A DNA stretch of 64,000 nt, taken from the NCBI GenBank assembly GCA_017499595.2, contig CM039005.1:2852001-2916000 (forward strand), given 5' to 3'. The notes beneath the pieces are model-generated. The model had not been told where the DNA came from and did no database searches. It saw nothing but the letters and a program-made list of their open reading frames with translations. Below are positions 35,745 to 49,889 of the stretch, piece by piece. The stretch is from Psilocybe cubensis (lineage: Eukaryota). The number at the start of each line of letters is the position of its first letter. Within the stretch, counting starts at the first letter, position 1. The position numbers and the translations under genes are program-made.

Positions 35745-37863
35745 TTAAACTTTCTCTGTTCCCCGCTCACGTACAAGGATGTACCGTGTCACGAGGAAGA
35801 CGATGGATGTTACGGTAGTGAGGGTCTGCGGCGTTGAGAAACGGTTAAGGGGACCTGAATTACTAAGGGTTATTGAACTCACTGCAGAAAATATTATAGG
35901 CTTTTTCCAATCAAATTCTGGCCCTAAAAGCGCCCCTTGAACAGGCGCAGATCCTAAAGTTCCGAAACTAACTATGGCCAAACCAAGTCCAGTACGTGCT
36001 CTATTCTCTGTTCAAATCCTATGTTTTGAAACATTAGGTAAGGGTGGATGCACATACCCCACTTCGTTTGGATGGCGAGAAAGAGAAGCGAGACAGGTTA
36101 CAGCCAGCGATAGCCCTGTCAATTGTGTCAATTTCTTGGAGAATGAGAAATATTTTCGTGTCTTACAGGCCCCAGACATAATCCCGTAGAAAATGCTAAC
36201 AATAACAAGCGACTTGGAGTCATGGCTTTGTGAATGGAGGTATCATGAGAAGATAGGATTTCACTGTACAGGACCGATAACTCACATTCCAAAGATCGAG
36301 AATATACTTGCACCAATGAGTAGTGTACATGGGATAATGACGTTGAAGGGTCCGTGAACGTGAGCAAGATAGTTCCCCACAAGCCGACCAAGGGTACTTG
36401 CACCGTTGAGAATAGCGAGCTGATGTATATAGAGGCGTCAGTCAAGACTCGTAATAAGACTACAAATCATCCTTACCGAGTAGAACGACAAAGTGAGATT
36501 AATGCCATGAGTAACAGCATAGAGCTGCAGGTAGATGACTTGACTTTTATTCAATACCTCTTTGAACGTATCCCCAAGATGTAAAGACTCACGAGGAAAA
36601 TAGAACCCGAACATCGTTCCCATAGCACTGATCCACTTAGCGATCAATATGCGACCCATAATCTAAGATACTAGATAGTAATCACCCAATGGAGGCCAGA
36701 ATATACGGCAGATCTTTGAAAAAGCCGAGAATGTTAAGTTGAGGAACTTTGTCGGCACTCTTTTTGTAAGCCGTTCTCATCAAACAGTTTCCCAGCACCA
36801 ACAATCCGCAAACAATATATGCACTGTTGCGGACGGCTTTAGGAAACCCTACTGACTTTATTTGAAGGCTAATCTCGGGGTATCAGGTCAGTGACTGTAG
36901 TGTGAAAAGGTAAATAAGAAATCTCACTTGAGCACTACAGAATACTCGTGAGTCGTGTTCCAATAAATTAACAGCAAGATACTCACTGATAGGAAACATA
37001 ACGGCTCCAATAGAGCTCCCACTCATTACGATTCCAGTCACAAGGACCATTCTACGACGGAAATGATGGACGGTCAAGCTGACAGCAGGGACAAACGTGA
37101 GCCCGAGCCCAAGGCCAACTCCTAATCCTTGGCAAAGGAAAACGTGTGCGTAAGTCTGCGGCTTTACCAAGGATAACATGAACAACCTGTTGGTCGAAGG
37201 ATAATCAGTCAATCATGGTCGCTAAAACCAGAAAGCATTAACGACATACGAAAAAGTAAACAGCGCTGATCCAGTGATTTCAAGAACATGGAAATAACCA
37301 GCATCGAAAAGCTTTCCAGAAACAACCCCAAAGACAAAGGGCATCATAAGCTGAAAGCTTCCAATCCAGCTAAAGTATCCAAATTCATTAGACCTGAATG
37401 AAGATGGAACTTGGAGTACATACGCAATTTTGCTTGTACTATGGTGCGAAAGGAAGATCCTCGTGTAAAAATCTGTATGATTTCATTAGATTGGATAACT
37501 GATCATCGATTAATTGTTACAATTGACTACTCACCTTGATACACTCCAAATGAATAAGTGTAACTGAAAGTTGACTTTAGCTGTCTTAACGAAAAATAAA
37601 ATGTCAATGGCACGCTGTCGGCCAAGCTCACCCAAAAGTTACAAAAAGAACAATCCAACTAAAGATCAAAGATGTAAATCACTTTGAGCACATTCAACTG
37701 GGTACCGTAGCATTCAATGTACTTACACTCCAACCATACTAATCCAGGCTTTTGTTCCGCCATCCTGGACAGATTCGAGCTCGTCGGTGCCCTCTGTTTG
37801 AGTGCCGAGTGGCTGGATGGTGTCCGACTCTCTTTTGATGAGTACAATATCTTCGTCCAGCAT
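35745..37863 (-). CDS. MFS transporter, monocarboxylate porter (MCT/MCH-like) family, multi-exon
   Basis: QDGGTKAW, FGVYQ, WIGSFQLMMPFVFGVVSGKLFDAGYF, QGLGVGLGLGLTFVPAVSLTVHHFRRR, GIVMSGSSIG and GSAPVQGALLG motifs across many short introns. Confidence 0.9.
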
Positions 37864-38974
37864 GAGTGATGTTAGTTCTAGCAGTTTTCCAGGGCCGTCT
37901 GGCAGCTCAAGTTGAAGAAACGCTCTTCTTTTATATCGAATTTTCAATAATTTATACCATGACGGTAAGGTTTGTTGTCTGACCAAAGTTCAGCTAAACT
38001 ATCATTGGCATCTCACATTGATATCAAATGACTCGTTTGCCCATCCAATTGCCTTCTCAGCTAGCATAAGATAAGTTTGATACCTACTTAAATTAGTGTA
38101 GGCCTGTATGGACCTCGCTTCCCGGTTGAGCAAATAGAGATAAGCCCACGGCAGAAGACAACTCTGCGATGTATAGCTGCATCGTGACTGAGTCTAAGGT
38201 TATAAATGTTCACTGCACTTTTCTGAATAGATTGGTATCCGTAATATTTGCAATCAGATTTTGAGACTATAGCAGTGACATATGTATTGGCTTTGATGTC
38301 AAAAAAGGCTCGTTTACTCAATTAGAAAGGGAAAACACCGTTCAAAATGTATCTAGGAGCTGTAATCCAAATATACTTTATCAGTAATGGGATCATATCG
38401 GTTTAGTTTGTCATGTTTCTAGCCCTTTCTACACAGACGTCATATAAACTCACAAAATAGGTCCTGGGATCATATCAATTTGAGGTTGCTAATTGCCCCA
38501 GTCTTTCCTAGCCAGAACTCTTTCAACAAACATGTGGTGTGTTCGCTGTCTCATGTGGTCCTTTCGTGTTGGCTCAAACATCTCAGACTACCAGTATCTA
38601 ACTTGGCCAAAGTGTAAGCCACTCATGGTCACGCTAAGGGCCGAGCTGATATTCGGCGCAATGATATGCGGCATTACGTTTGCACATCTCAGCTTGCTGC
38701 GATATTCATACTGACGAGACTCCTTTGCACCGCATGAAAGATACTGCGATTGGAGTGTTAAAATTCGCATAAATTTACTTTAAACACTGTGTGCGTCTGC
38801 GGGTCGCTTGAACCAACGAGAGAAATTTCAGAGTATAATAATCTTCCACTGTATCTGCCATTCCATGTCTTAAGATATTTGTCTGCAACCTAGAATGTAA
38901 ATTATTTATCTTAAGCTCGGAGTTGTCTAGATGCAAGAGGTGAGATTACCACCCAAAAGGTCTCAGAAATATAG

Positions 38975-39908
38975 GCAGGGTAACAGCAGCGTACCATGTG
39001 TGGTGGTTGTGCGGTGCGACTCTTAACGTCCATATGCATGGACTGGGTTAATGCTGTCTGATTCTGATAAAGTCCGTCGACGCTTCACGTTCACGCACTG
39101 GAGTCAAACATCAGTCATCATTGGAGCCATAGAAATGCTTTAGAGTGTCTCACAGTAGTTTCAAGTGTCAGTATGTGAACGAGTGAATATCAGTGCTGAC
39201 AGTGGCAAGGAATACAACGTGTAACTGGGCTGGGAAGCGAACAAGGTTTGTCGAACAATATGTCGATTGAGATTCAGTAGAAGAATGAGAGAGGTGGTGT
39301 GTATTGGGCTAGTGCACCAAGGTGTAAGGGATCTTGGAAATACGCTGGAGCTTGAAATGTGTCCAGATAGGTGAGCGATTGGTTCAAGGGACGAGTGGAG
39401 GGTGGAGATAGGTTATAAATGATGCATCTCGGAGTCTTGAAATTTGCCGAAGCAAGCGGTTCAGCATTAGGCATCTTGGGGAATTGTGGTGTGTTATTGA
39501 AATGGGTTGGGTTGGTCGGGAAAGTAAATGGGGTATCCGCTGCCTGAAAGAAGAAGAAAGTGGTGGCGGGTGACAGGCTTCAGAGGAGTTCCTGAGGCGC
39601 TACACCGCATTGAATAGATCAAAGGCCCCAAGAGGATGAGAAACACACCTGAAATGGTCAAACAATCCTCCCGAAAACTTGACAGCCATGGCCTGTGTTT
39701 CCCCCTAGAGTTGCTATCAAGAAAAATGGTCACCCTTACCAACCCTTCCTGTTGGCCCGTTCCGATCCGACGGTGTTCCGTGGTAGTCGCACCTATAAAG
39801 ACCAAAGATGGGGGAGAAATCAGTCAGCGGGGCTAGCTCATATTGAACTAATTCACGTTGAAGTTTCAACTTCGAGATCGCGGAGTTTTATTTTTAAAAC
39901 CACGCAGT
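38975..39908. repeat. Diverged ~1-kb direct repeat, copy 2
   Basis: Aligns to 34520-35517. Confidence 0.8.
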
Positions 39909-42253
39909 TCAACTGGAGCTGATTTCCTTCTTATTATTATCGTCACGGAGACAAAAGGACATTATATAGTTATGCTTTGAGTTTGAGTCAGTTTACTCGA
40001 CTTAATTACGCTCATTATCCATGCCGGGATTTTCTTGCCGGAATTTGACGGGCTTGAGAAAGCCCCTCTTATTGCTCATTAGATGGCGCCTGTGAGAGAA
40101 AATACACTCGCAAGGCGGTCAGCTGAAGCATGCAAAAGTAAGCACTCGTCTACAATGCGTTATAAATGATGTAATATCTCCACCGACTTAGACGGCCTTC
40201 ACAAATGTAGAGCAACTTTCTCATGTAAATTGTAATAAGAATTGTGTTTGCCTGGTAAAGATATTATATACACCACCCACAAGTCATGTTCTCTTCACAG
40301 GAATGAAAAACTGGCGTATATAAAGAGACTCTTTTGTGGAGTACAAGTACCAGGAGATGTTTGGGTTGGTGCACAGGTCCCTGGCACCTACTCCGTCCAT
40401 AGGAAAGATGGCATGTTTTAATTTAGGATATCTAATACACTTCGCGGTTGAATAAACCATTCCAAATATACATCGGTTGTTAGCGTTGTTGTCACCACCG
40501 TCCATTCCTAATATAGTGAAGGCCGTGTTTATCTGAACGCTTCTGTCAATATACATGTATGTAAGTTAATAAGCGACCGATGGTGACTGAGTACTTGGTC
40601 ATTACTGTAATGAATCAATTGAATAAATAGACAATGTTGACAGGAAGAAATGAATTCAAAATCTTTGTTGTACGTGTACCTTTCCCACTGCCACACATTA
40701 TGATGGAATATATTGACCTCATTATAAAGCTCAACGGCAGCATGGACAGGCGTGGGTACGTCGAGATAACCCAGTACCATGGGTTACTGTCGCTATCGGA
40801 AAGCCAAAGGAATGGATGAGATAGATAATGCTAATCAGCTGGTAATTGAGACTGAGATGCATGTTTGACAAAACTTGTAAGTGATAGACGCCCTCTACAA
40901 TGAAGAAAAGTCTGAAGAATAGTTATCTAGTAACTTGAGAGCTTTGGTCCACTCGTTTCAGAAACTCAGGGCTCCAAGGGCACTTTCAATTGCTTAGTTA
41001 TCCATCTTTATGACATTTCCCGATATAGAGAGTACAGACCTTATTAAACTTTCAATCCAGTTCCTTGTCTCTGGGTAAGATGTAACCGTTGCTCCGGGTT
41101 TAATCATTGACATACCCTTATCTTGGGTCACCTGTAGTGTAAGACATGAATCAGAGACTAGCCCTTAGACCAATTAAACTAAACAGAAACGTGAGTTGTC
41201 AGCCGACATTAGGACCTGAATGTAAAGTATGTACTCGCTAACACGTTGACCGATCACGGTGACATTCACATAATACGCTCACCTGTTTCGGTATATGTTT
41301 TCTCAAGGGTATTCTTGTGCATCAAAAAAAACTTCAGCTCCAGAATGTAGTGGCGTCACAAACCGGTGTGAGAATTCCAAATCGCGTGATTCGTCCCTAT
41401 AATTTTTCTAAATTATCTTGAACCTCATAGTAGCGGCTTAATGACAGTGCCGCAGTCTGCACCAGTATAGTGGATGTGGCCCCGGATTGAATGTTAAATA
41501 TTTCAATTCCGGAGAATTTTTGTTTAAGCCGACGAACACTTTGTGATTAATACTTAAATGTACCCAACCAATTTTTTCCCAAGCTTTTTCCTCGCCCCCA
41601 ACACCTTTTCCCACGCATCTCACAGGTAAGCGCCAAGCCAAGCACAGACAAATACTTCCCTCCTGCCGTTGATTGCCGATGGAGGACACCGTCCCAGGTG
41701 TCGGCGGGCATGATGAGCATGCGATGCCATATCACAAATTTATAAGTTTATATCCTGCTCTGAGCACTGAATATATCCGACGTGGTCGCGTTTTGGATTC
41801 CCTGTTAATTAAACTCAATCCCATTTGACAATTTTGTATTTATACATCAACAAACTGAGTCCATACACGCAAATTGCATAAACTGGGCAGCTTCTCTATT
41901 GAATTACACGATATGCAAGGGGGATATTTATGAAGGAAGACCACATGGCTTCCAGATTGTCCATGATTATATTCTGCTCAGAAATAGATACAGTACAAGA
42001 TCATTCCGTCGCGTTTCAACGTGCACCGCGAGCTGCTTACTTAGGTTTAGTCATAGCAAGTTAATGATAGAGCCCACCATCACGGACAATGTCCTTTTTT
42101 GTGCTCTAAGTACCCATCCTTGAAAATGAACGAATTTGGAAGGTGGTCGTCTGATACCTACCCCAAAGGTCAAAATTCGAGTCCCATTAAGATACATCCA
42201 ACTGTATAAAGGGAAGACCAAGGGAGCAGAATCCAGTAAACTCATCTTCTGAG

Positions 42254-45036
42254 ATGCTTTTCTTCACCTTGGTTCTCTTATTCTCAACATATCTACCTGA
42301 CTCTTTGTTCCGTGCAGTCAGTGCAACGGATGTCAATATTGTATTCGACATCGACAACTCCGTCGTGGCGCCCGACGGGTTCTCTCGTGCGGGAGTCATC
42401 GTCAACGGCATATTTCCTGGATCGCTAATTCAGGCAAACAAGGACGACGTGCTGCATATCGCAGTCAACGATATGCTGACGGATCCTTTAATGAGGTATT
42501 TCTTCCACATTATACCTATGAGATTTTTGGATTGGCTTGACTGACTCCTCGACAGACGCAGCCTCTCCATTCACTGGCACGGACTGGTAAGACGAACTCT
42601 CTGAATTTTCCAATCAATCATCAGATAAAATTTAACGTGATTATGTGTCAGTTTCAAATGAGGACTGCCTCTGAAGATGGACGTACGGCACTTGTAATGG
42701 TTTTTTCTGTTATCGTAGCTCAACCTTTCATAATCAGCGGCTATGGTCAATCAATGCCCAGTTGCACCCAATCATTCCTACACGTACGACAGTGCGTACA
42801 TTAATTCAATTCTGTGGAGAAACCATTCTGACAATCCATGCATGCATATACAGTACCGCTCAACGGGCAAGCTGGGACATTCTGGTAAGCGAGGTACCTA
42901 TATCTGCACACGATACGAGGTTGATCTGACATCAAAATTGTAGGTACCACAGGTGTGTTCTAAGGTATGTATCTTGAGATAGACAGCAAGCTGAAAATGT
43001 TAGCCATCTTTCATCTCAATACGTTGACGGATTGCGAGGGTACGTATTTATTAGCTAGTAAAATATGCAACGCGTCATGCTGAGCGACCTATAGACCACT
43101 AGTTATCTACGGTGAGAAAATGACATGTTACCCGTGCTGAAGAGGTTAATTCACTACAATGTTGAACTGATAGACCCTGAGGACCCCCACCTATCTCTCT
43201 ATGACGTAGACGATGCATCAACCGTAATCACGCTGGCAGATTGGTACCACAATGTCAGAACTATTTCCAGTCGCAATGTTGTCCACAACTGACGGGATAT
43301 TTCTATTCCACTTTCCCACATCACATCACGTAGCCCGCGCCGGGAATGGAAGAGATCTTTCTTCAAGGAAACGACGAGCCTGTGAGTTTATTCCATCAGT
43401 TATAAATGAAACAATCCCATGCTAAGTATCTTCCAGATCCCAGATTCTGGGCTTATCAACGGTGTTGGTAGGTATAATGGAGGACCTCAGGTAGTCCGCG
43501 CCCGTATCAATGTGATTGCCGGGAAACGATACCGCTTCAGGGTAATCAACATCTCCGCATACGCCGCATTCACATTCTCAATTGAAGGGCATGACTTGAC
43601 TATCATTGAAGTACGTCGAAAGCCATTTTCAGCCCCTTTAACAAAATGTGGAAGATTCTGGATAGGTCGATGGGATTAGCCACGTACCGCACACCGTCGG
43701 TGGATTCGATATCTACGTCGCCCAGCGCTACTCTGTCGTGCTCAATGCAAATAAACCCGTCGCGAACTACTGGATCCGCGCACCTATGACGCTCCAACAC
43801 TCGAGCGACAACGAGAACTGTGCGTGTTACTGCTGCAATAGTGTGGACTCGTAGCACGTCTTGCCATAGGATGCTGATCTGTCTCTTCATATATGATGTT
43901 ATCCATAGTGGACACGCGCAATGTTTTTGCGGTGCTTCATTACATTGGCGCGCCGGATGCAGAGCCCACCACGCAGGCGGATCAAGGAGCGCAAAATCTT
44001 CTACAGGAATATCAGCTGGCGGCTCTAATTAACCCCGGAGCACCTGGGGGGAGTGCGCCTGCAGATCGCTCTATTGACTTAGATTTTAGTATGGAGGTTA
44101 AGAACGGAAGATTAATGGTGAGACAAAAATACCTATAGATCAAAGCCTTATTTTATAATTGATGGCCGGACCTGTCTTAGTGGGAGATAAACGGTATCTC
44201 ATACCTTCCTCCTGATCTTCCGACTATGCTCAACATCATCGCCAATGGCTTTTCTTCTCCGAATAACTTCACAACCACGGAGCACACCTTCGTAATCGAT
44301 AGGAATGAAGTCATCGAGCTTGTTATTCACGGCTCGCCAAATGGTAAATACTGTAGTTACATGTGGAAATTGTAGCTAACTGAAAATTATTAGGGCATAT
44401 TCAGTGCGTAGATCAAACCCGTCCGCGCGAGATAGATACTGAATTCTCTGCATGGTTTATGCAGTCCATTCCAGTGGGTATCTGGATAGCTTCGCACAAC
44501 GTAATCTGATGAAAATTCTCAGCCTACACGGTCATGCATTTGATGTCGTTCAATCGATGCAGGGACCCGCCAACTATGTCAACCCTCCTCGAAGGGATGT
44601 CGTGGGTGTTGGAGGTGTGTGCATCACATACGTCAAGAAGTTCACTTCAATTAATATTATGCAGGCTCCACAGTGATCATTCGATTCCAATCAGACAACC
44701 CTGGGCCCTGGTATGACCCTCCTTGTCCAGCCATCTGACTCACTGACATTGATATCCAGGTTCTTCCATTGCCGTAAGATTCTACTCAAAGGAAAATTGA
44801 TTGTAACTCACCGTAAACCGACAACACATATCATTCTAGATATCGGTAAGCGAATAACAACATACTCCATGGTGAAGCTAATGATAGTTATAGACTGGCA
44901 TCTGGAAGCCGGACTAGCTGTTGTTTTTGCGGAGAGGCCTAACGATCAGAGAGTCGGTCCACAGTCCGAGATAATCAAGCAAACGTGGCTCGACCTCTGC
45001 CCAATCTATAAAGCGCTTCCAGCTGATCAACAATGA
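42254..45036 (+). CDS. Secreted laccase / multicopper oxidase (CAZy AA1), 21 exons
   Basis: Signal peptide plus spliced copper motifs [35 protein letters not shown] and [19 protein letters not shown]. Also NPPRRDV and C-terminal WLDLCPIY. 20 GT-AG introns were traced by eye. Confidence 0.96.
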
Positions 45037-45868
45037 GGTAAAGTGATGATGAACTGGTTTATATATATATGCATATCTTGTATTGTGAATTGTAACCCTT
45101 GCTATACAAACTTGATGTTTACCCAATCCGATCGATGAAGTTGTCTCGTCTAAATATTTAAATCCCGCTCAAGGTACCATGCAGATATTCAGTCTCCCCT
45201 TGGATTTTCTGATGACTAGTGACTCCATAACGCATACCTTAGGCCTCATGTCAACCTCATGCCGTACAGTCGCCACTGCTAGATAAAGGTCAAAACACAG
45301 TCTCCATCCCTTAGAATTACCCCCTCATACACACCTTCAGATGCACTGCACTGCGCTGCGCACCGATCGCATCCTTGCCTCAGCGTGTAAGCAAACATCG
45401 TTTAATAGTCTCGAGGCACTGTCAGCCGTACACATTGTTAAATCCTCTTTGAATCCCAACTAGATCATGCTTGTTAGCTTAGTAGTAATGGTACCAATTC
45501 CTGGATTCAGCGTGGAACGCGGGATCGAATTCGTACAGGTCCGGCTCCGCCAGCTGGCTTGCATGAGGTTGGTATTCTATTTTTGTCGTTCGACGGAATG
45601 TATCCTCCATTCAATGAGGTTAATCTGTTGCTTTCGTTTGTCTCTGAACATATCCTGGAGTGGATCAAGAATTAATGCGACACGGATCCGCGATGTTTGA
45701 TTCATGGATACGCGCCGGTGTAAATGTTGTTCTAGGGCACAATTTCAGACAATTTCCACGGGTGTCAAGGCAATGACTTTGGACTTTTAAGACAGACAAA
45801 TAGGAAGCGAGTTGTTAGAAACAACCATCACTTTTTGCATTTCACCGCCCTCGTCTTCTCTGCTACTC

Positions 45869-47330
45869 GATGTCAAACTCAAACGTCTCTCAATCTGGCC
45901 TGACCGCTAGCGAATATAATGAGTTTTAGAATCCTTATTCAAGCCGCACGATGTTGATTTCGGTACATAAGCTTCCCAATACCCGCGTACCGAACAATCT
46001 GTCTAAGAAGATACCGAGAACGTTCAGCAAAACCCGACACTGGACATCCTTGAAAGCAGAGGCTGGAATGGTAAGAGCGTATGCTAATTACTGTAATCAC
46101 AGAAGTCGGAGTTGATGATCATGATTACCAGCTACTCGAGACCTATTTGGACGAGCTAGAATTACCTCTTAGTATCCCTAACCATGCCAATCCATGTATT
46201 AGTACTCCCGCACATGAGCCTTTGCAATTTTAAGAGTTAACCTCTCAAAGAATGCCGTTGTCTCATACTATTAGACCAACAACGTTTACCGAATCGTCCC
46301 TATACGGTTCCCCTTGCCATGGGATTGTTCCGGCTGCCCGTGAAGATGTCCTGAATTTCGTCGGGGAAACATTGCACCCTGGAGAACACACTCCTGGCCT
46401 CTTCAGTCCGGGAATAATTCATTTCAGAATCTAGGGCTTGATCCATTTGGCAATACATCTTTGCCCTCTCAACCTATCCCTCGAGCACCTCAAGATTTGT
46501 TCCCACATATTGATGCGCCCTCTGTACTTCTGGCGCGTGATCATGTCGAACTCTTAAAATAAATCCCCGAATTAGACCCAGTGATAGAGAGATCGATTGA
46601 CCCTCTACTAGAATTCTACGTGGCAACGGGCACAATTGATCCTGTATTGCTGGCGCTGCCCGTTAGAACCCCACATTTACAAGAACCTCCTCATCGGCGT
46701 AAAACAGATCGGGAATCGGGGATATACGCCCCGTAGAAAAGTGTTAAAAGGCACTCCAGGGAGTATGTTCGCAGAAAGATTCAGAGTGCAAACAAAAGTC
46801 CTAGCAAAGCAGAACAAGAGCACAATACCATCCCCAAAGAAGATAAACATGCTCGTCATACTCGTTCCGTCCATCTGCAGAGACGGAAACACACTAGATT
46901 TAACGCATTCCAGCACATGGAATATAATGAAGCCATGGGCTCCAGGTATAATCACGTTGAGCAGTCAACTTCAGGCGGTGAAGACTCCAATCATGCTCGA
47001 AGGTATATTCTAGTGCTCCGTCTCTGAAGAATTGGAATTGAGTGTCAATCTCATACCCTTGATTTACAGTGGAAATACTGCACCAAGACGAGAAAGAGGA
47101 GGCAGGGCCTCCAAAAACGCTAGATCTTCCAGCGATAGCACAACGAAACGCGGACGGACCGCCAGCGATGGTAGTGCGACGCAGCCACCTGTATTGGCCG
47201 CATTCGACGACGAAAGCTAGTTTACCGCTTAGGCCTCGAGCTGTAGTGCCGCGCTTGGACTTCGTTACAAAGGAGGTAATGACCCAAGGTAAACGAACCG
47301 ATCTAAGAATTCGCCAAAGATCGTAGGGGT
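45869..47330 (+). pseudogene. Decayed Leu-rich gene, possibly F-box/LRR-like
   Basis: ATG and a splice donor, then frame-hopping fragments (LLETYLDELELPL, LSLEHLKIC, APSLKN/ELSVNL) with stops. Confidence 0.3.
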
Positions 47331-49889
47331 GAGCGCATCTATGACAAAATTGAGACACCGTCTAATCTTATCAGACATCATATATATGGATTGTAAAATG
47401 TGACTAAAGGGCAGATTGTAAATTACTTGATGATTTGGGCTATCTATTGAACTTTTGAGTGAGTCTATCTGGGGATTAAATGTTTCCTCAAATGTATCCA
47501 TCGTACATCTTACAGCTCAAAATCTCCTGTTTAACGCTCGACGTTTACAATTTTGGTATCCCCGTCGGCTTGACGGCATGATCCAGAGTACAGCTGCCTA
47601 TTGAAACTCCTATTTTTCACGGATGTGGACTCAATTTGACACGGTGACTTGCACCACGTACTAGAAACCTGTTTCCCTATGCTTCCAGCCACATCGATTG
47701 CGTTACGCCCTTCAAGAATCTTTTATACGCCTACCCCTATATCAGTCACGATGTAGATGCCCGTCAGTAATCTTCTTTGTGATTTCCACGGTTTACAAGA
47801 CATCGTGTAGGTGAGTCGCGGTTGTCTATTCCTGAAATCCAGCTCATACTGCTGTTCTCCGGAAATTATGTACAGGCCATAGGATACAAAGCAATAGCAA
47901 TACGATATTCTTTGGGCAGACATCGACACGGACGTGGACACGGACAGAGGCGAACACAACGTCATGGAGCGTGTGTACAACCCACGCTCACCCTACTCAC
48001 CCTACGCACACATTTCTAACACGTACATCCCCCCATTTCTTAGAACTTCCCCGTGTTCATTGCTATACTTCTCCGCGGAGTTATTCACAGGCTTGGGGTG
48101 GTTGTTCTACAGATGTATTCAACTTCGGTTATGGGTGGCCTTAGTCGCGAGAGATCCTGGTCGGATGAATGGGGAGGCCGAGGGGTTGATCGCAGGGGAT
48201 GGACAAGGATAGCAAGGAGGAGCAACGTCGGAGGGTGGCACCTGTCGCAGGTGCGTAGTCACCAGTCAAAGCTCAAGGAAGGTGTTTAGGTGCTGAATAC
48301 GCTTTTTTTACTCTCGCATTTCCTTGTATCTTTTGATTTCGGGGTGTGTTGGTTTTAGATCTTCACCACAGCAGCCCGCGTTGTTTTCCGTAACCAGGCA
48401 AAGACAAGTGTTGCAAAAATGCAGCAATTCATGGGTCTCATCCAATTTCTATTTGCACCTTCGAACCTCACCACCTCCACCGCCCAAACCCAAACCACCC
48501 TCTCCACCTTTTCCTCCCCACCCAAGTTCCCGACTTCATCCACGTCGTCTCACTCAGAAGCGCATCCCTGTATGTCTCGCCGACTGCCAAGCGTCTATAT
48601 GGATACAACACGCGTGAGCTGGTGAGGAGGGCCGTGGGGGATGTTGCGCATTGGGTGGATGTGGTACCGCTGATTAGGGAGTTTGGTTGGGTTGGTGTTG
48701 GAGTGAATGGCGGAAAAGGTGCTGTAGGAGTGGCTGTAGATGTGGATACAGCGGAGTCACCCCTTCATCTCCACCAGCGTCTGCTCTTTCCGAATTCATC
48801 AGCGCCCCTGCCTCTGCCATCCATCATCACCACCCAAACCCGGGGAGAGAGGGAGAGGGAAGACAAGCTGAAAGGCCAAGAACGGTAGTCCGATGTTAAA
48901 CCGAAACCCTACGCCCATCCCCACCCCCACAGACCAGTACACCATGGAATGTGGATCCACCTCGGCGCGAAGACCGTATACGACACTTTACAGCGCCGAT
49001 ATGAGTTTCGCGGATGTGTCGAGTTAGGCCGCAGATGAGGTTGTTGGGCGGGGTGTTGGTGTGTTTGTTGGAATTCTAATGGTTTTAGCAGCACATTTCG
49101 GGTGACAAACAAGGAGACCACAGCTTCTGCTGATCCCTGGAGCGGAAACGGAATAGTGCTGTATCTGGTGGTAAAAGTCCACTAACGTACAAGGATATTT
49201 CTCGCTCAACTCTACAGAAGCACCTAAACATTGTTTTTTGGTACTATTTCTTTTTTCGAAGCTGGTGCGTGTCTTTTCCGTGTTCAAATACACATTTCAA
49301 TGATTTCATAGATCCTCACGTTATCGCCTCTCTTATGTCTTTCTTGCTGCTTCAGCTACTTTGCCATATTCAATCGCATCATCGGTGAAATTGGATATTT
49401 ATATTGACGATAAATGCACTGAACACCGACCATCAGAGCTTCTCACACCCCGAAACTGACCTTACCTTCGATCCACCACCCAAATCATGTACAAGAGGCA
49501 ACCGACCCCTCGCTTCCTCGCACAATCCACTCTGAGGGTTTGTGATACAGCCACTGACTGACTCTGACACTACTGCTAGTACTTGCTAGTCTAATTCTCT
49601 ATGGCAAATTGCACACCTTACCACCGAGTTGCTTGCCGGGTCAGAGCGATAGCCCCGCCCCGGAGTAAGATGCAATTGCTCCTCATCTGTAGCGTTAAAG
49701 CATGCTACTCCTTCAACTACAGAGGGTGTCTGGTTGGTCATGTTTGTTATGTGGCGCAATTATGCGCAGATAAAGTTCGGTGAGAGACAAACAAATGTTA
49801 AGGCAAAGCCATTTGAACGAGACTTTAAATAGTCAAAATTGGATTACCATCTTGTGTAGGACGTGAGTTTGTAGTCCCACACCAGTTAC

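Noticed and set aside
40284-40862. Possible small multi-exon secreted protein gene (MHLSLNYQLISIIYLIHSFG...)
   Set aside because: I could not build an open spliced model.
47950-49120. GC-rich, low-complexity coding-like stretch
   Set aside because: Frames are broken and no family was recognised.
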